Part shown: positions 9,483-19,033 of the stretch, in pieces
How the letters are laid out: each line of letters begins with the position of its first letter
Numbering within the stretch: position 1 is the stretch's first letter
Position numbers and translations under genes: made by a program
From: Bdellovibrionota bacterium
Lineage (GTDB): Bacteria > Bdellovibrionota_G > JALEGL01 > DATDPG01
Assembly (NCBI GenBank): GCA_963668355.1
Contig: OY764265.1
Location: forward strand, 384,001-448,000
Direction of reading: 5' to 3'
DNA: 64,000 nucleotides
Notes under the pieces: model-generated
Told to the model about the DNA's origin: nothing
The model's input: the letters and a program-made list of their open reading frames with translations, nothing else
Databases searched by the model: none

Positions 9483-9792
9483 TTTTAGGGAGGGGAACCT
9501 ACCCCGAAGCGTTGAAAATATCTACCAAATTAGAACGACATGTCAGTCTATTCTTTCTGCTTTACAGCCCCTTGGACTTGAATCACCCTAAGGACGCATA
9601 ACTACCTATTTTCACAGGTTTTTTGGCCTTTTCAGACCGAAGCTGTTCCTCCAATCCCCCCGCTTGACTCCAACGCCGAGAGGAGCCAAACGAGTCATTT
9701 TCCAATGAGAAAACCAGGTTAAGAATCTTTGCCCCATCGCGACTCCTCTTGTAAAGTCACGTCGAATTTTTTTTCAGGAGGAAATCATCGTT

Positions 9793-10329
9793 ATGCATAA
9801 AAAGATTTGGTCGGTTGTAGGGGTATTCGCTCTAGTGGGAATGATTTCGAGTTCTGCAATGGCAAACACCACTTCAAAACTCATTAATCCAGATGGGTAT
9901 TACACTCTCGGTGCCAGTGACTTGGAACTAAACTTTGGATTTGATGTCAGCATTTTTCGTGGCGACTTCAAAGACGAGCAATTCGCATTCAACCTGGGTG
10001 GAAACTATTTTCTAACAGACGTTTTCGCTCCAGGTGTTGAAATCGAGTTCTGGAATCTCGGAGCGGGAACCGACGCTCGCTTCTTGCCGAATCTGAAAGC
10101 TTACTGGCCCTTGAACTCCAGATTGGCTCCTTATGCACAGGTTCTTTTTGGTTACGCTAACCTTGGCAACGCGAACCTGTTTAACTTTGGTTTAGCGGTC
10201 GGAGCCAACTACCTGCTGACCAGCAATATTGCGATCGGCACCAAGCTCCGATACGACTTGGGCGCTGGAGATGGAACGTTTCACCGGATTCAATTCCCGA
10301 TCGAATTTGCGCTCTATTTCAGCCTTTAA
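9793..10329 (+). CDS. Outer-membrane beta-barrel protein (small, OmpA/OmpW-like)
   Basis: Signal peptide (..SSAMA), alternating aromatic/Gly beta-strands, aromatic C-terminus (ALYFSL) and AGGAGG RBS. Confidence 0.7.
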   Translation: MHKKIWSVVGVFALVGMISSSAMANTTSKLINPDGYYTLGASDLELNFGFDVSIFRGDFKDEQFAFNLGGNYFLTDVFAPGVEIEFWNLGAGTDARFLPNLKAYWPLNSRLAPYAQVLFGYANLGNANLFNFGLAVGANYLLTSNIAIGTKLRYDLGAGDGTFHRIQFPIEFALYFSL

Positions 10330-10350
10330 TTGATAAGGATATGTTTTTTC

Positions 10351-10392
10351 AAAGCCAAAGCTGAGAACGTTTTCTCAGCTTTGGCTTTTTTT
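10351..10392 (+). terminator. Rho-independent terminator
   Basis: AAAGCCAAAGCTGAGAA-cgtt-TTCTCAGCTTTGGCTTT perfect stem followed by a T-run. Confidence 0.85.
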
Positions 10393-10406
10393 CATTTGGG
10401 GGATTT

Positions 10407-11162
10407 ATGTCCAATACAAATTTTTTCAACATTCTCATCATCAACGGACGACCTGGATCTGGAAAATCCGAAATCATCGACTTCCTAAAGAAAACGCCAC
10501 TCGAAGAGCGGATCGAAAAATTTCATGTGGGAGAGATGGAAGAGTTCGATGATTTTCCCATTCTCTGGGATGCCTTCGAAAGCGATGACATCTTCGAAAA
10601 ACATGGGAAAGAACGTCTGATCTCAAACTCCACGTTTACCTATAAGGGAAAGACGCTCAATGGATACGTATTCAAGGATAAGTTCTACTGGAACTTCTTA
10701 ATTGAAAAGCTCTGTCTCAACTACAGCAAACGCCTTAGAGATGAGCCCAATTACCATGGAAAAACCACGGCCATCATTGAGTTCGCACGCGGCTCAGAGC
10801 ATGGGGGATGGGCAGAAGCCTATCCGTATCTTTCAGATGAAGTCCTGAAGAATGCCTCCACCCTTTACATCAATGTTCCCTGGGAAGAGTCCTTGCGAAA
10901 AAATAAGCAACGCGCCAGACCCGACCAGGAGGACAGCATCCTTCATCATTCATTGGAAGATGAAAAAATGGAGATGATTTACAAAGAATCGGACTGGGAA
11001 GAATTTTCCAGCAAGGACCCGAACCACCTTTTGGTTCGAGGTCAGAAAGTCCCCTATGTCGTTTTCGAGAATGTTCCGGACAAAACCACGGACCAACCTC
11101 CTGAGCTTGGACCTTATCTTCAAGAGGTCCTGGGAAAACTCTGGAAAACCAAAAACTGTTAA
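10407..11162 (+). CDS. Uncharacterised P-loop NTPase (small-molecule/nucleotide kinase-like)
   Basis: Walker A motif GRPGSGKS at the N-terminus, followed by IIEFARG and a lid-like SLRKNKQR segment. Confidence 0.6.
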   Translation: MSNTNFFNILIINGRPGSGKSEIIDFLKKTPLEERIEKFHVGEMEEFDDFPILWDAFESDDIFEKHGKERLISNSTFTYKGKTLNGYVFKDKFYWNFLIEKLCLNYSKRLRDEPNYHGKTTAIIEFARGSEHGGWAEAYPYLSDEVLKNASTLYINVPWEESLRKNKQRARPDQEDSILHHSLEDEKMEMIYKESDWEEFSSKDPNHLLVRGQKVPYVVFENVPDKTTDQPPELGPYLQEVLGKLWKTKNC

Positions 11163-11207
11163 CGTTCATCGCTCTCAAATCAACTGGAGCGACCTGAAAA
11201 GAAGGGA

Positions 11208-12719
11208 ATGGGTATGACGGGAATTCTTTTGATCATGTTGGCCCTGCAATCGGCAACTCTTGTGGCAGACTGGAAGGCAGGATTTCTGCTCATTACGGTA
11301 TTGGGGGTCTGTTACATTTATTTCGGGAACAACCCCGTTGGCCACCAAAGAAAATTTCGAATCCGATCTTTTCTAAATTGGTTCCCCATGGGCCTCCTTT
11401 ATGCCTTTCTCTACATGGGACGATATAACCTCACGGTTTCCAAAACGGCCCTAGGAAGCCTAATGACCAAAGAATCCTTTGGACTCATTTTCGCTGCCGG
11501 AACCATCACCTATGCTTTCTCTTTTCTGATTAATGGACCCTTGGTGGACAAGATCGGTGGTAAAAAGGGGATGCTCATCGGAGGAGCTGGAGCTGCTCTG
11601 GCCAACATTTTAATGGGAATCATGACCTTCATGCTCCTTCATGGTCAGCTCTCCATCAACACCACCGTTGCTTTTGCCATTCTTTATTCCTTAAATATGT
11701 ATTTCCAAAGTTATGGTGCTGTTTCCATCGTGAAAGTGAATGCGCACTGGTTCCACGTTAAAGAACGAGGAATTTTTGGAGGTATCTTTGGAACATTGAT
11801 TTCGTTGGGAATCTATTTTGCATTTACCTGGGGACAGGCCATCGTCAATGCAACTTCTGTAGAACCGTCGAAAGAGGTGGGGCTATTTGGTGGCTTCCTG
11901 AGAACCCTTCTAGGATCAGAAACGTCTGACATGAACCAAACATGGTTTGTCTTCTTCATCCCCGCAGTTCTATTGCTCATCATGTTTGTCATCGAACTGT
12001 TCCTACTCAAGGACACACCTGAGGAAGCCGGCTTCGATAGCTTTGATACGGAGGATGCAAGTTCAGGAGAAATGGATCAAGAATTCACTTCCTGGCAAAT
12101 CATTAAGAAAATTTTAACCAATCCAATCATCCTTACGATTGCTGGTATTGAGTTTTGTTCGGGAGTGCTTCGAAATGGCATCATGCATTGGTATTGGATC
12201 TTTGTGGCCGAAGCGGGTCCCACCATTCAACAAGGCTCGGTGTTCTTCAAAAGCCACTGGGGTGAATTGCTAAGTTTAGCTGGAATCTATGGTGGGTTCT
12301 TCGCCGGAATCATGTCCGACAGAATCTTTGGTTCCCGAAGGGGACCTTCTGCAACCCTCAATTATGCCGGCCTGGTCTTATGCATGGTCGTTACGGCAAT
12401 TGTCCTTTGGAAGTTCCCCATCGCTTTGGGCGTCATGATGATCACCTCTTCATTCCTCGTCATCGGAGTTCATGGCCTTCTCTCCGGAACGGCCACCATG
12501 GACTTTGGTGGGCGTAGAGGAGCCGCAACAGCCGTGGGCGTTGTAGATGGTTTCGTCTATTTAGGAACGGGGGTTCAGTCTCTATCCTTGGGGTACATCA
12601 CTTCTTGGAACTGGACGTATTGGCCGATTTTCTTGATTCCGTTTTCTTTGATTGGAACATTCCTGGCCATCCGAATTTGGAAAGCCTTCCCCGACTCCAA
12701 ACGAAAGGGAGCCGCGTAG
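11208..12719 (+). CDS. MFS transporter, organophosphate:Pi antiporter (GlpT/UhpT-like)
   Basis: YAFLYMGRYNL (GlpT Y..R.N motif), WFHVKERG, SDRIFGSRRGP and A.GVVDGFVYLG; 12 or more TM segments. Confidence 0.8.
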   Translation: MGMTGILLIMLALQSATLVADWKAGFLLITVLGVCYIYFGNNPVGHQRKFRIRSFLNWFPMGLLYAFLYMGRYNLTVSKTALGSLMTKESFGLIFAAGTITYAFSFLINGPLVDKIGGKKGMLIGGAGAALANILMGIMTFMLLHGQLSINTTVAFAILYSLNMYFQSYGAVSIVKVNAHWFHVKERGIFGGIFGTLISLGIYFAFTWGQAIVNATSVEPSKEVGLFGGFLRTLLGSETSDMNQTWFVFFIPAVLLLIMFVIELFLLKDTPEEAGFDSFDTEDASSGEMDQEFTSWQIIKKILTNPIILTIAGIEFCSGVLRNGIMHWYWIFVAEAGPTIQQGSVFFKSHWGELLSLAGIYGGFFAGIMSDRIFGSRRGPSATLNYAGLVLCMVVTAIVLWKFPIALGVMMITSSFLVIGVHGLLSGTATMDFGGRRGAATAVGVVDGFVYLGTGVQSLSLGYITSWNWTYWPIFLIPFSLIGTFLAIRIWKAFPDSKRKGAA

Positions 12720-14108
12720 GTGCTCGAAACACTGAACGCCTGGATCAGTTATTTTAATTCAAATATCGGGAGCATCATGCTCATGGTGCTCCTGGTTCCA
12801 ACCGGACTTTTTCTCACTCTCTTTTTTGGCTTTCTTCAAATTCGAAAATTCAAGCACGCCGTAAACATCACAAGAGGCCTTTATGACAATCCGTCAGATC
12901 AGGGAGATGTCACTCATTTCCAAGCATTGACAACAGCTCTTTCCGCGACGGTAGGCATTGGAAACATCGCAGGTGTGGCCCTTGCGATTTATTTTGGAGG
13001 TCCAGGAGCGATTTTCTGGATGTGGTGCACGGGCTTCGTGGGCATGATGACTAAATTTGCCGAATGCACGTTGGCCATGAAATATCGAAAAACGGCCGCG
13101 GATGGATCGATGTCTGGCGGTCCCATGTACTACATGGAATACGGCCTCAAGAAATATTTGGGTCGGTATAGTCGTTATTTGGGAATTTTCTTCGCGTTGG
13201 GCATCATTCTTTGCTCATTCGGAACAGGAAACCTGACTCAATCCAACACCGTAGCAAGCGCGCTTCGAGCTTCTTATGATGTTCCCACATGGGTAACCGC
13301 AATTGTTTCGTCTACCCTCGTCTTCCTTGTTATCGTGGGTGGAATTCGACGAATTGCCCAAGTCACCAGTCGACTTGTGCCCTTCATGGCGGCTTTTTAT
13401 GTCGGCAGCGCCCTCTTGGTCATTTTCGCCAATCTCGAACATGTCTGGCCCTCGTTAAAGATGATCGTCACAGATGCATTTACCGGAACCGCTGCAACGG
13501 GAGGTTTCATTGGATCTTCATTCATGATCGCCGCTCGTTATGGCATTGCTAGAGGACTGTTTTCCAACGAAGCCGGACAGGGTTCCGCACCCATCGCACA
13601 TGCTGCAGCCAAAACAGAGTATCCGCTACGTGAAGGACTGGTGGCCTCTTTGGAACCCTTCGTGGATACGTTATGCATCTGCACCATGACCGCCTTGGTC
13701 ATCATCATCAGCGGCTCTTGGACATCTGGACTCCAAGGAGCCCCCATGACCGTATTGGGATTCGAAACCGGTCTAGCTTCTTTCGGTCTCGCATCATTGG
13801 GAAAGCATATCGTGACAATCGGAGTCTTCATGTTTGCCCTTTCGACAGCCATTAGCTGGTCCTACTATGGAGATCGATGTGTGGAATATTTATTTGGCTT
13901 GAAGTGGATTAAGCCCTATCGCATTCTCTTTTGTGTCGGACATTTTTGCGGAGCTATTTGGGCGTTGGAGCTTGTTTGGAATATGGCAGACATGTTTTTG
14001 GCACTGGTCGCTGTCCCCAATTTGGTGGCCATTCTGCTTCTCTCCCCGGAACTGAAAAAAGAGACCAAAGCCTATTTTGCCATCCCCCATCAACCCTTCC
14101 AGCGTTAA
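12720..14108 (+). CDS. Sodium:alanine/glycine symporter (AGCS family)
   Basis: ALSATVGIGNIAGVA, GGPGAIFWMW, GGPMYY and RGLFSNEAGQGSAPIAHA. Confidence 0.93.
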   Translation: MLETLNAWISYFNSNIGSIMLMVLLVPTGLFLTLFFGFLQIRKFKHAVNITRGLYDNPSDQGDVTHFQALTTALSATVGIGNIAGVALAIYFGGPGAIFWMWCTGFVGMMTKFAECTLAMKYRKTAADGSMSGGPMYYMEYGLKKYLGRYSRYLGIFFALGIILCSFGTGNLTQSNTVASALRASYDVPTWVTAIVSSTLVFLVIVGGIRRIAQVTSRLVPFMAAFYVGSALLVIFANLEHVWPSLKMIVTDAFTGTAATGGFIGSSFMIAARYGIARGLFSNEAGQGSAPIAHAAAKTEYPLREGLVASLEPFVDTLCICTMTALVIIISGSWTSGLQGAPMTVLGFETGLASFGLASLGKHIVTIGVFMFALSTAISWSYYGDRCVEYLFGLKWIKPYRILFCVGHFCGAIWALELVWNMADMFLALVAVPNLVAILLLSPELKKETKAYFAIPHQPFQR

Positions 14109-14138
14109 TCCTTTTCCACAAAGTTTCTCAAAGCCCAC

Positions 14139-14173
14139 AAAAAAAGTGGGTGCCGGGGGACAGCACCCACTTT
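14139..14173 (-). terminator. Rho-independent terminator (for the yceI-like gene, possibly bidirectional)
   Basis: AAAGTGGGTGC...GCACCCACTTT stem preceded by an A-run on the + strand, between convergent genes. Confidence 0.7.
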
Positions 14174-14228
14174 CACATGACGCCCGATTGGGGGGATGAA
14201 TGAATCGAACGTCGGTTGATCAATCGTT

Positions 14229-14822
14229 CTATTTGTCCGGAGATTTCTTTTTATTGGATTCCACTTCCAGAAAAATTTGAATCTCGTCGCCTACAAGAAG
14301 GCCTCCGGTTTCCAATTTCTTATTCCAAGAAAGGCCAAAATCTTTCCGGTTGAGTTTTGTGGTCGCCGAAAAAACAGCCTTCTCATTTCCCCAAGGATCC
14401 ACGGCCGTACCCAAAATCTCAACATCCAGCACCACCGGTTTTGTGACCCCATGCATGGTCAAATTTCCACGAATTTTTGCCGAATCTTTCTCAGCTTTTA
14501 GCACCTTGGTGCTGACAAATTCCAAGGTTGGATATTTTTTTACATGGAAGAAATCATCATTTCTTAAATGGTCATCTCTCTTCTCATTATTGGTATCAAT
14601 GCTTTTGGCTTCAATGGTGGCCTTCACTTTCCATTCCTTGGGTTTGCCGGGTTCATAATCAATCGAACCGGAAAAAGAATTAAACCGTCCCGTGACCTTT
14701 CCGATCAAATGACGCACCTTGAACTCAACACTGGAGTGAGCCGAATCAATTTCATACGTCGCCGCATGGATCGGAGATGCCAGACCCATCACCAGACATG
14801 CCACCAAGGCCAATCGCTTCAT
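14229..14822 (-). CDS. yceI: YceI family lipid/polyisoprenoid-binding periplasmic protein
   Basis: Signal peptide; YEIDSAHSSVEFKVRH, RDDHLR..DFF, GNLTMHGVTKPV and DPWG. Confidence 0.92.
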   Translation of the reverse strand: MKRLALVACLVMGLASPIHAATYEIDSAHSSVEFKVRHLIGKVTGRFNSFSGSIDYEPGKPKEWKVKATIEAKSIDTNNEKRDDHLRNDDFFHVKKYPTLEFVSTKVLKAEKDSAKIRGNLTMHGVTKPVVLDVEILGTAVDPWGNEKAVFSATTKLNRKDFGLSWNKKLETGGLLVGDEIQIFLEVESNKKKSPDK

Positions 14823-15054
14823 ACAATAACTCCTTAATATAATTTAGTTTTTCGAGCCGACTTAGGCTCTATATCAAATTTTTCGAAATAGTACCAAATT
14901 AGTTACATTTTTCCAGTCCCAAAAATACCTCAGACCCTTTTTTCCATCTAGACAGGGGGCTTCATTCTAAGACCGGTTTTCTCGCGCAATAATGCATTGG
15001 GTATACAGCTTCCCGCTGGGAAACATCTCTCACGCTACGTTCGGATTAGGCTCT

Positions 15055-17118
15055 CTACTCCTCTTCTAAAAGCGTCGAGTACCCACGAAATTGTTTCGTC
15101 CAATTTTCTCCGACATGCACAACGCCGGTGTCCGGGAATCCTGGAGGCTGCCAACGCGACACCCGAGGATCTCCATTGATCAACTTCCGGCTAAAACCCG
15201 TTGTGTAGCCTCCAGAGTTTCCATACACGGCCTCATTCCAATTTCCTTCACAGAAATTCCCTCCAGGGGCATCTCCATGAACCGCACACCCGGGCAACCA
15301 GCGCCTGTTACTGGTATGCGTGTACTCATTTAAAATGACACTTCCAAAAACAGACAAGGTTTCCGATTGAGCCCGAGATAGTTCCTTATACAAAATACAT
15401 CTGCGGTCTTCTCCGTAGCCATACCAACCGGGGGCGCCGCAATAAATGGGGTCCGCCCGACGTGTCCAATTTCCATCCGCATCCTGAAAATAGTATGAAT
15501 CATCTTCGTTGGTCGTCTCCAGAGACCAAATGTCTCCATTCACATCTGGTATCACAGCCTTTCCGGGACTGCTCCCGTCCAGACCGTTGATGCCCTCGAC
15601 ATTCAAACCACCTTCCACGGACATCATGATGGCATCTAAGTCCAAGCTAAACACATTGTTTTTCCACCCAATGTCTCGTCCATCGGGGGGATTCTGGTGA
15701 TAGTCATTGCTATATTCGGATTCCGGATCTTCATCTCGATCATTTTCGACGACAAAGTTCGTAATATTGTTCCAAGGACGACCTTCCGGATCACCTTGCT
15801 TATAAGCTCCACTATTCAAATCGGGACGCATGGGAACACCATAGGGAATCACAATATCTCCTTGAGAAAGAAGACCGACCAAATCATCTGAAAATTCAAC
15901 ATCTTGGTTCACATATTGAACATCGCCCTCCAAAACCAATTGTTTGGGCGTTACGATGGTGAATACCCCATCCACCAATCCTTTGACATGCGCATTCCCG
16001 TGAACATAAAAAATTCCACTCGCATCGAATTCATCGAGGGCTCTTGTCACCACCCCCTCTTCCACATCTTCCAACTCACCCGAATACCTTTGGAACACGT
16101 CATGATACCCCAACGAACCCTCTTCAGGATTTGGTTCAGAGAGGTTACATGGATATTGAACAATCTTCCCGTCATTATTGTCCGTCGTGGGATCCAAAAA
16201 CTTCAGGCAAATGTCGGCGTTGGGATGATCGGGATCGCCAATTTCATGCGTCGCGACCTCTCTCAGAGCATTAAACTCGGCCGTCGAGGGAACGGAAGCC
16301 GGCCATCCGGAACGCACCCCTTTATCAAAGATGATTTGCGCACCGGCAAAATCAAACGGAAACGTGGAAGGATCATCATCCGGACTCAGTTCTCGATCTT
16401 CTCCACCAGAAAACGTAACCAACTCCTTGAACAAGTGAGTTGCGTAAGAGTAGCCATCCAATTTGATTCGTTTGGTCGGATCGGGGTTTCCTTCTGAGTC
16501 AAAGAACAGACCAAAATGAACTCTTCCTCCAAAACTTCCAGGTGCAAGGTCCAACTCGTCCACTCCATCGGGAACTCGTGGGTGATTCAGTGCGAACGAA
16601 TATTCCGCCCAATTCTCCGGACGAAGGCTGATTTCCCCTTCCATCGTAAAGACTTCTTGAGAACTTAAATGTTTGGCTTGGGAAACGATGGTAAAGGTTT
16701 TGGGGAAATGATCATCCGCTCCCACGCCACCATTTTCGGCATTTGGAAAGTAAAACACTTGGAGCTCGACATTGTCTTCAAGGATATCAAAGCGGGGAAC
16801 AATTCCTCCTCTAGACTCACCCGGAGCTGGAGGGAAAAAACCCACCTTTAATAACTCTTCTTGAGAGGCGTATTCGTCAAACGTTGAGAAATTTTCTTCC
16901 AGTCCGCGATTGAGCAAATCCCTTTTTCCCAGGTTGAAGCCTTTTTCGGCCGTGGTCTGCAAAACCGCACCTCTTCGAAACATGCCGCCGATTTTATTCT
17001 TCAGACTCGTTGAAGCGAGAAGCGCAATGACGACAACCATCCCAACACCAATTGCGATCAACACCGCAATCAAGGCCACGCCCTTGTTAGATTGTTGTCT
17101 CTTAAAATTTGTTTTCAT
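15055..17118 (-). CDS. PilX-like pilus-associated protein with a large acidic C-terminal domain
   Basis: Class III-type leader KRQQSNKG|VALIAVLIAI (PilX-type, no Glu5); IFYVHGNAHVKG..DG..TIV...GDVQY...D.VGLLSQGDIVI resembles PilX-family C-terminal regions. Confidence 0.6.
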   Translation of the reverse strand: MKTNFKRQQSNKGVALIAVLIAIGVGMVVVIALLASTSLKNKIGGMFRRGAVLQTTAEKGFNLGKRDLLNRGLEENFSTFDEYASQEELLKVGFFPPAPGESRGGIVPRFDILEDNVELQVFYFPNAENGGVGADDHFPKTFTIVSQAKHLSSQEVFTMEGEISLRPENWAEYSFALNHPRVPDGVDELDLAPGSFGGRVHFGLFFDSEGNPDPTKRIKLDGYSYATHLFKELVTFSGGEDRELSPDDDPSTFPFDFAGAQIIFDKGVRSGWPASVPSTAEFNALREVATHEIGDPDHPNADICLKFLDPTTDNNDGKIVQYPCNLSEPNPEEGSLGYHDVFQRYSGELEDVEEGVVTRALDEFDASGIFYVHGNAHVKGLVDGVFTIVTPKQLVLEGDVQYVNQDVEFSDDLVGLLSQGDIVIPYGVPMRPDLNSGAYKQGDPEGRPWNNITNFVVENDRDEDPESEYSNDYHQNPPDGRDIGWKNNVFSLDLDAIMMSVEGGLNVEGINGLDGSSPGKAVIPDVNGDIWSLETTNEDDSYYFQDADGNWTRRADPIYCGAPGWYGYGEDRRCILYKELSRAQSETLSVFGSVILNEYTHTSNRRWLPGCAVHGDAPGGNFCEGNWNEAVYGNSGGYTTGFSRKLINGDPRVSRWQPPGFPDTGVVHVGENWTKQFRGYSTLLEEE

Positions 17119-18557
17119 TACATACCTCCTGAAGAACTCCCCGGGGGATCCGGCACACTTCCACCTGAGGAAGAGCTAGAAGAACTCGAACTGGAAGAAC
17201 TGGAAGAGCTGGAAGAACTCGAACTGGAGGGCACGTAATCACAATCATGCATCTCTCCCTCGTGCAGAATGAAACACGCTCCATCCGCAGCATTGCTATT
17301 TCCGGGTTCACCTCTGGCACTGAGAAGATTGAGAGGTCGAACCTCTCGATCAATGTGGACCGTTCCCTCTCCCTCTAACTTAGATGTTTGTTGTTTGATT
17401 CGAAATGCCAGTCGAGAAAGAAGGGGATAACCCAACTCATTTCCACGCAGGTAGAGCGGATCATCAACACAAGGCGAGGGACGCCCTCCACCATCTTCGC
17501 CATAGGGCGCGGCCGTGGGTTTGCGGGTTTGTGTATCGTTTTTCAAAACGTATTCCACAACAAACTCTGACGTCCTTAACATGAAGGGGGCCCAAACATT
17601 CGAACTAAAGGCCGTGGCCAAGGTGTTTGGAGCTGTAAAATTTTGGCTCACCGGATTGTAGCCATCATCGAATTGATGATCCCATCGATACACCATCTCC
17701 GTTTCGGGATCGTGCGCATATGTCACAATGGAGACCTCACGAATGGAAGCCGGAGCCATAGAACCTACGCCGTAACTATGTGTCATCAAATGATTCCATA
17801 TGGAGGTATCCGTATCATGATAGATTTCATACGCTCCACTCACAGCATCTTCCTCAATACGTGTGATTCGAACAATGTCACTTGCGGCCGCATCCTTAAT
17901 ATGAATAAAATCACCTTTCTCGAGTCCCTTCCTGGACATCAACACAATGGGATTGTTCGTCACCGATTGACTGGTTTCAAAATAGGTTCCCGTGGATGGA
18001 TCGATCGCCAAAGGAATCGAGACACTTTCATTCGTGAAGAAAGCGATCCGAATACCGTCACTCACGCCTGGAGCGCTGGGATTTAAGTAATCGCTTGGAT
18101 TGATGGCATCCAACGTCGTCAAGATTTGAATGGAATCTTTCGCATATCCGGGAAAGGGGACAAGACCATACGGAATGAAATCCACAATTTGACCATCGAT
18201 GGAAACACATTCATCCAGGTTGCCAAGCGCCGTCGTGTTCTCACTCACAGAACTACGCCTTAAGATCACCACATTGGAGACTTCCTGTTCCAAACGCCTT
18301 AAGGCTTTCTGGGTTTCAAAATCCAGTTTTGAATTCCGAATCGTTTGAGTGTTTCGACGGGAAGACTGCGTGAGACCAAAAAACACTCCCCCGAACACAA
18401 GCATCAATAGAACCATGGAAACCATGAGTTCTGTCATTCCAAATCCTGAGTTTCGGCGGTGTTGGCTTAAGTACAAACGCAAAATGGTGCTCCCTTGACC
18501 TCGGTCCCGTTTAGGTGGCTGCACGAATTGTTCCATGATGGCTCTCCCAACAGACAT
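17118..18557 (-). CDS. Prepilin-type (PilW-like) minor pilin with a poly-Ser tail; true start probably downstream of 18557
   Basis: RRNSG|FGMTELMVSMVLLMLVFGG prepilin peptidase motif with Glu5; its stop overlaps the start of the PilX-like gene. Confidence 0.65.
   Translation of the reverse strand: MSVGRAIMEQFVQPPKRDRGQGSTILRLYLSQHRRNSGFGMTELMVSMVLLMLVFGGVFFGLTQSSRRNTQTIRNSKLDFETQKALRRLEQEVSNVVILRRSSVSENTTALGNLDECVSIDGQIVDFIPYGLVPFPGYAKDSIQILTTLDAINPSDYLNPSAPGVSDGIRIAFFTNESVSIPLAIDPSTGTYFETSQSVTNNPIVLMSRKGLEKGDFIHIKDAAASDIVRITRIEEDAVSGAYEIYHDTDTSIWNHLMTHSYGVGSMAPASIREVSIVTYAHDPETEMVYRWDHQFDDGYNPVSQNFTAPNTLATAFSSNVWAPFMLRTSEFVVEYVLKNDTQTRKPTAAPYGEDGGGRPSPCVDDPLYLRGNELGYPLLSRLAFRIKQQTSKLEGEGTVHIDREVRPLNLLSARGEPGNSNAADGACFILHEGEMHDCDYVPSSSSSSSSSSSSSSSSSSSSSGGSVPDPPGSSSGGM
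17166..17228 (-). repeat. Low-complexity poly-serine coding tract (~21 codons)
   Basis: Run of TCN/AGY codons with an imperfect 33-nt periodicity (TCCAGTTCGAGTTCTTCYAGCTCTTCC occurs twice). Confidence 0.85.
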
Positions 18558-18717
18558 TTAGAAAAGCTAATTTTACTACAATTTTAACAAGTTAACTGGC
18601 TTAAAAGAAATCCTTCTCAAAAATCGGTGGAGAGTTTTCGCCAATTCGAAGAAAGAACGCAAATCTTGCGTAGGAGGCCCGCCCAGGGGGAGCCTCCCAA
18701 AATGGAAGTAAAGTTAC

Positions 18718-18902
18718 TCAACCCAATACGGACGAACGTCTTTGGGGAATGCGCATATTGATAAACTCTACGGCCAAAGAAAAGAACATGGCGAGATAAA
18801 TGCACCCACGATTGATGTGTTGCCCCGTGCTTTCACCGACCAAGAAGATTCCAATTCCATTAGGGTCAGTGCAGACAAGAAAACCACAATCTCAAATGAC
18901 AT
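18718..18902 (-). pseudogene. TerC-family (YgdQ-like) membrane protein remnant with a large out-of-frame internal deletion
   Basis: AGAGGAG RBS, then MSFEIVVFLSALTLMEL (TerC N-terminal LT.LE motif), joined in another frame to IGIFLVGESTGQHINRGCIYLAMFFSLAVEFINMR..* (TerC C-terminal consensus IG..L.aeg.g.HipkGYIYfAM.FS..VE.lN.R). Confidence 0.75.
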
Positions 18903-19033
18903 TACGTTCTCCTCTTGATCGTTCCATTTGCACGAATGCGTGTTTCCAGTATATAGCCCTAAAAAGGTTTCTAAATACGAAATCACCCCTCTCTTTCAAG
19001 CGGGAAGTCTCGGGGTGAGCAGGAGAAGGAAAG

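Noticed and set aside
18903..19033. Possible yybP-ykoY (Mn2+) riboswitch upstream of the terC remnant
   Set aside because: A TCACCCC...GGGGTGA stem exists, but I could not find the conserved GGGGAGUA core on the minus strand.
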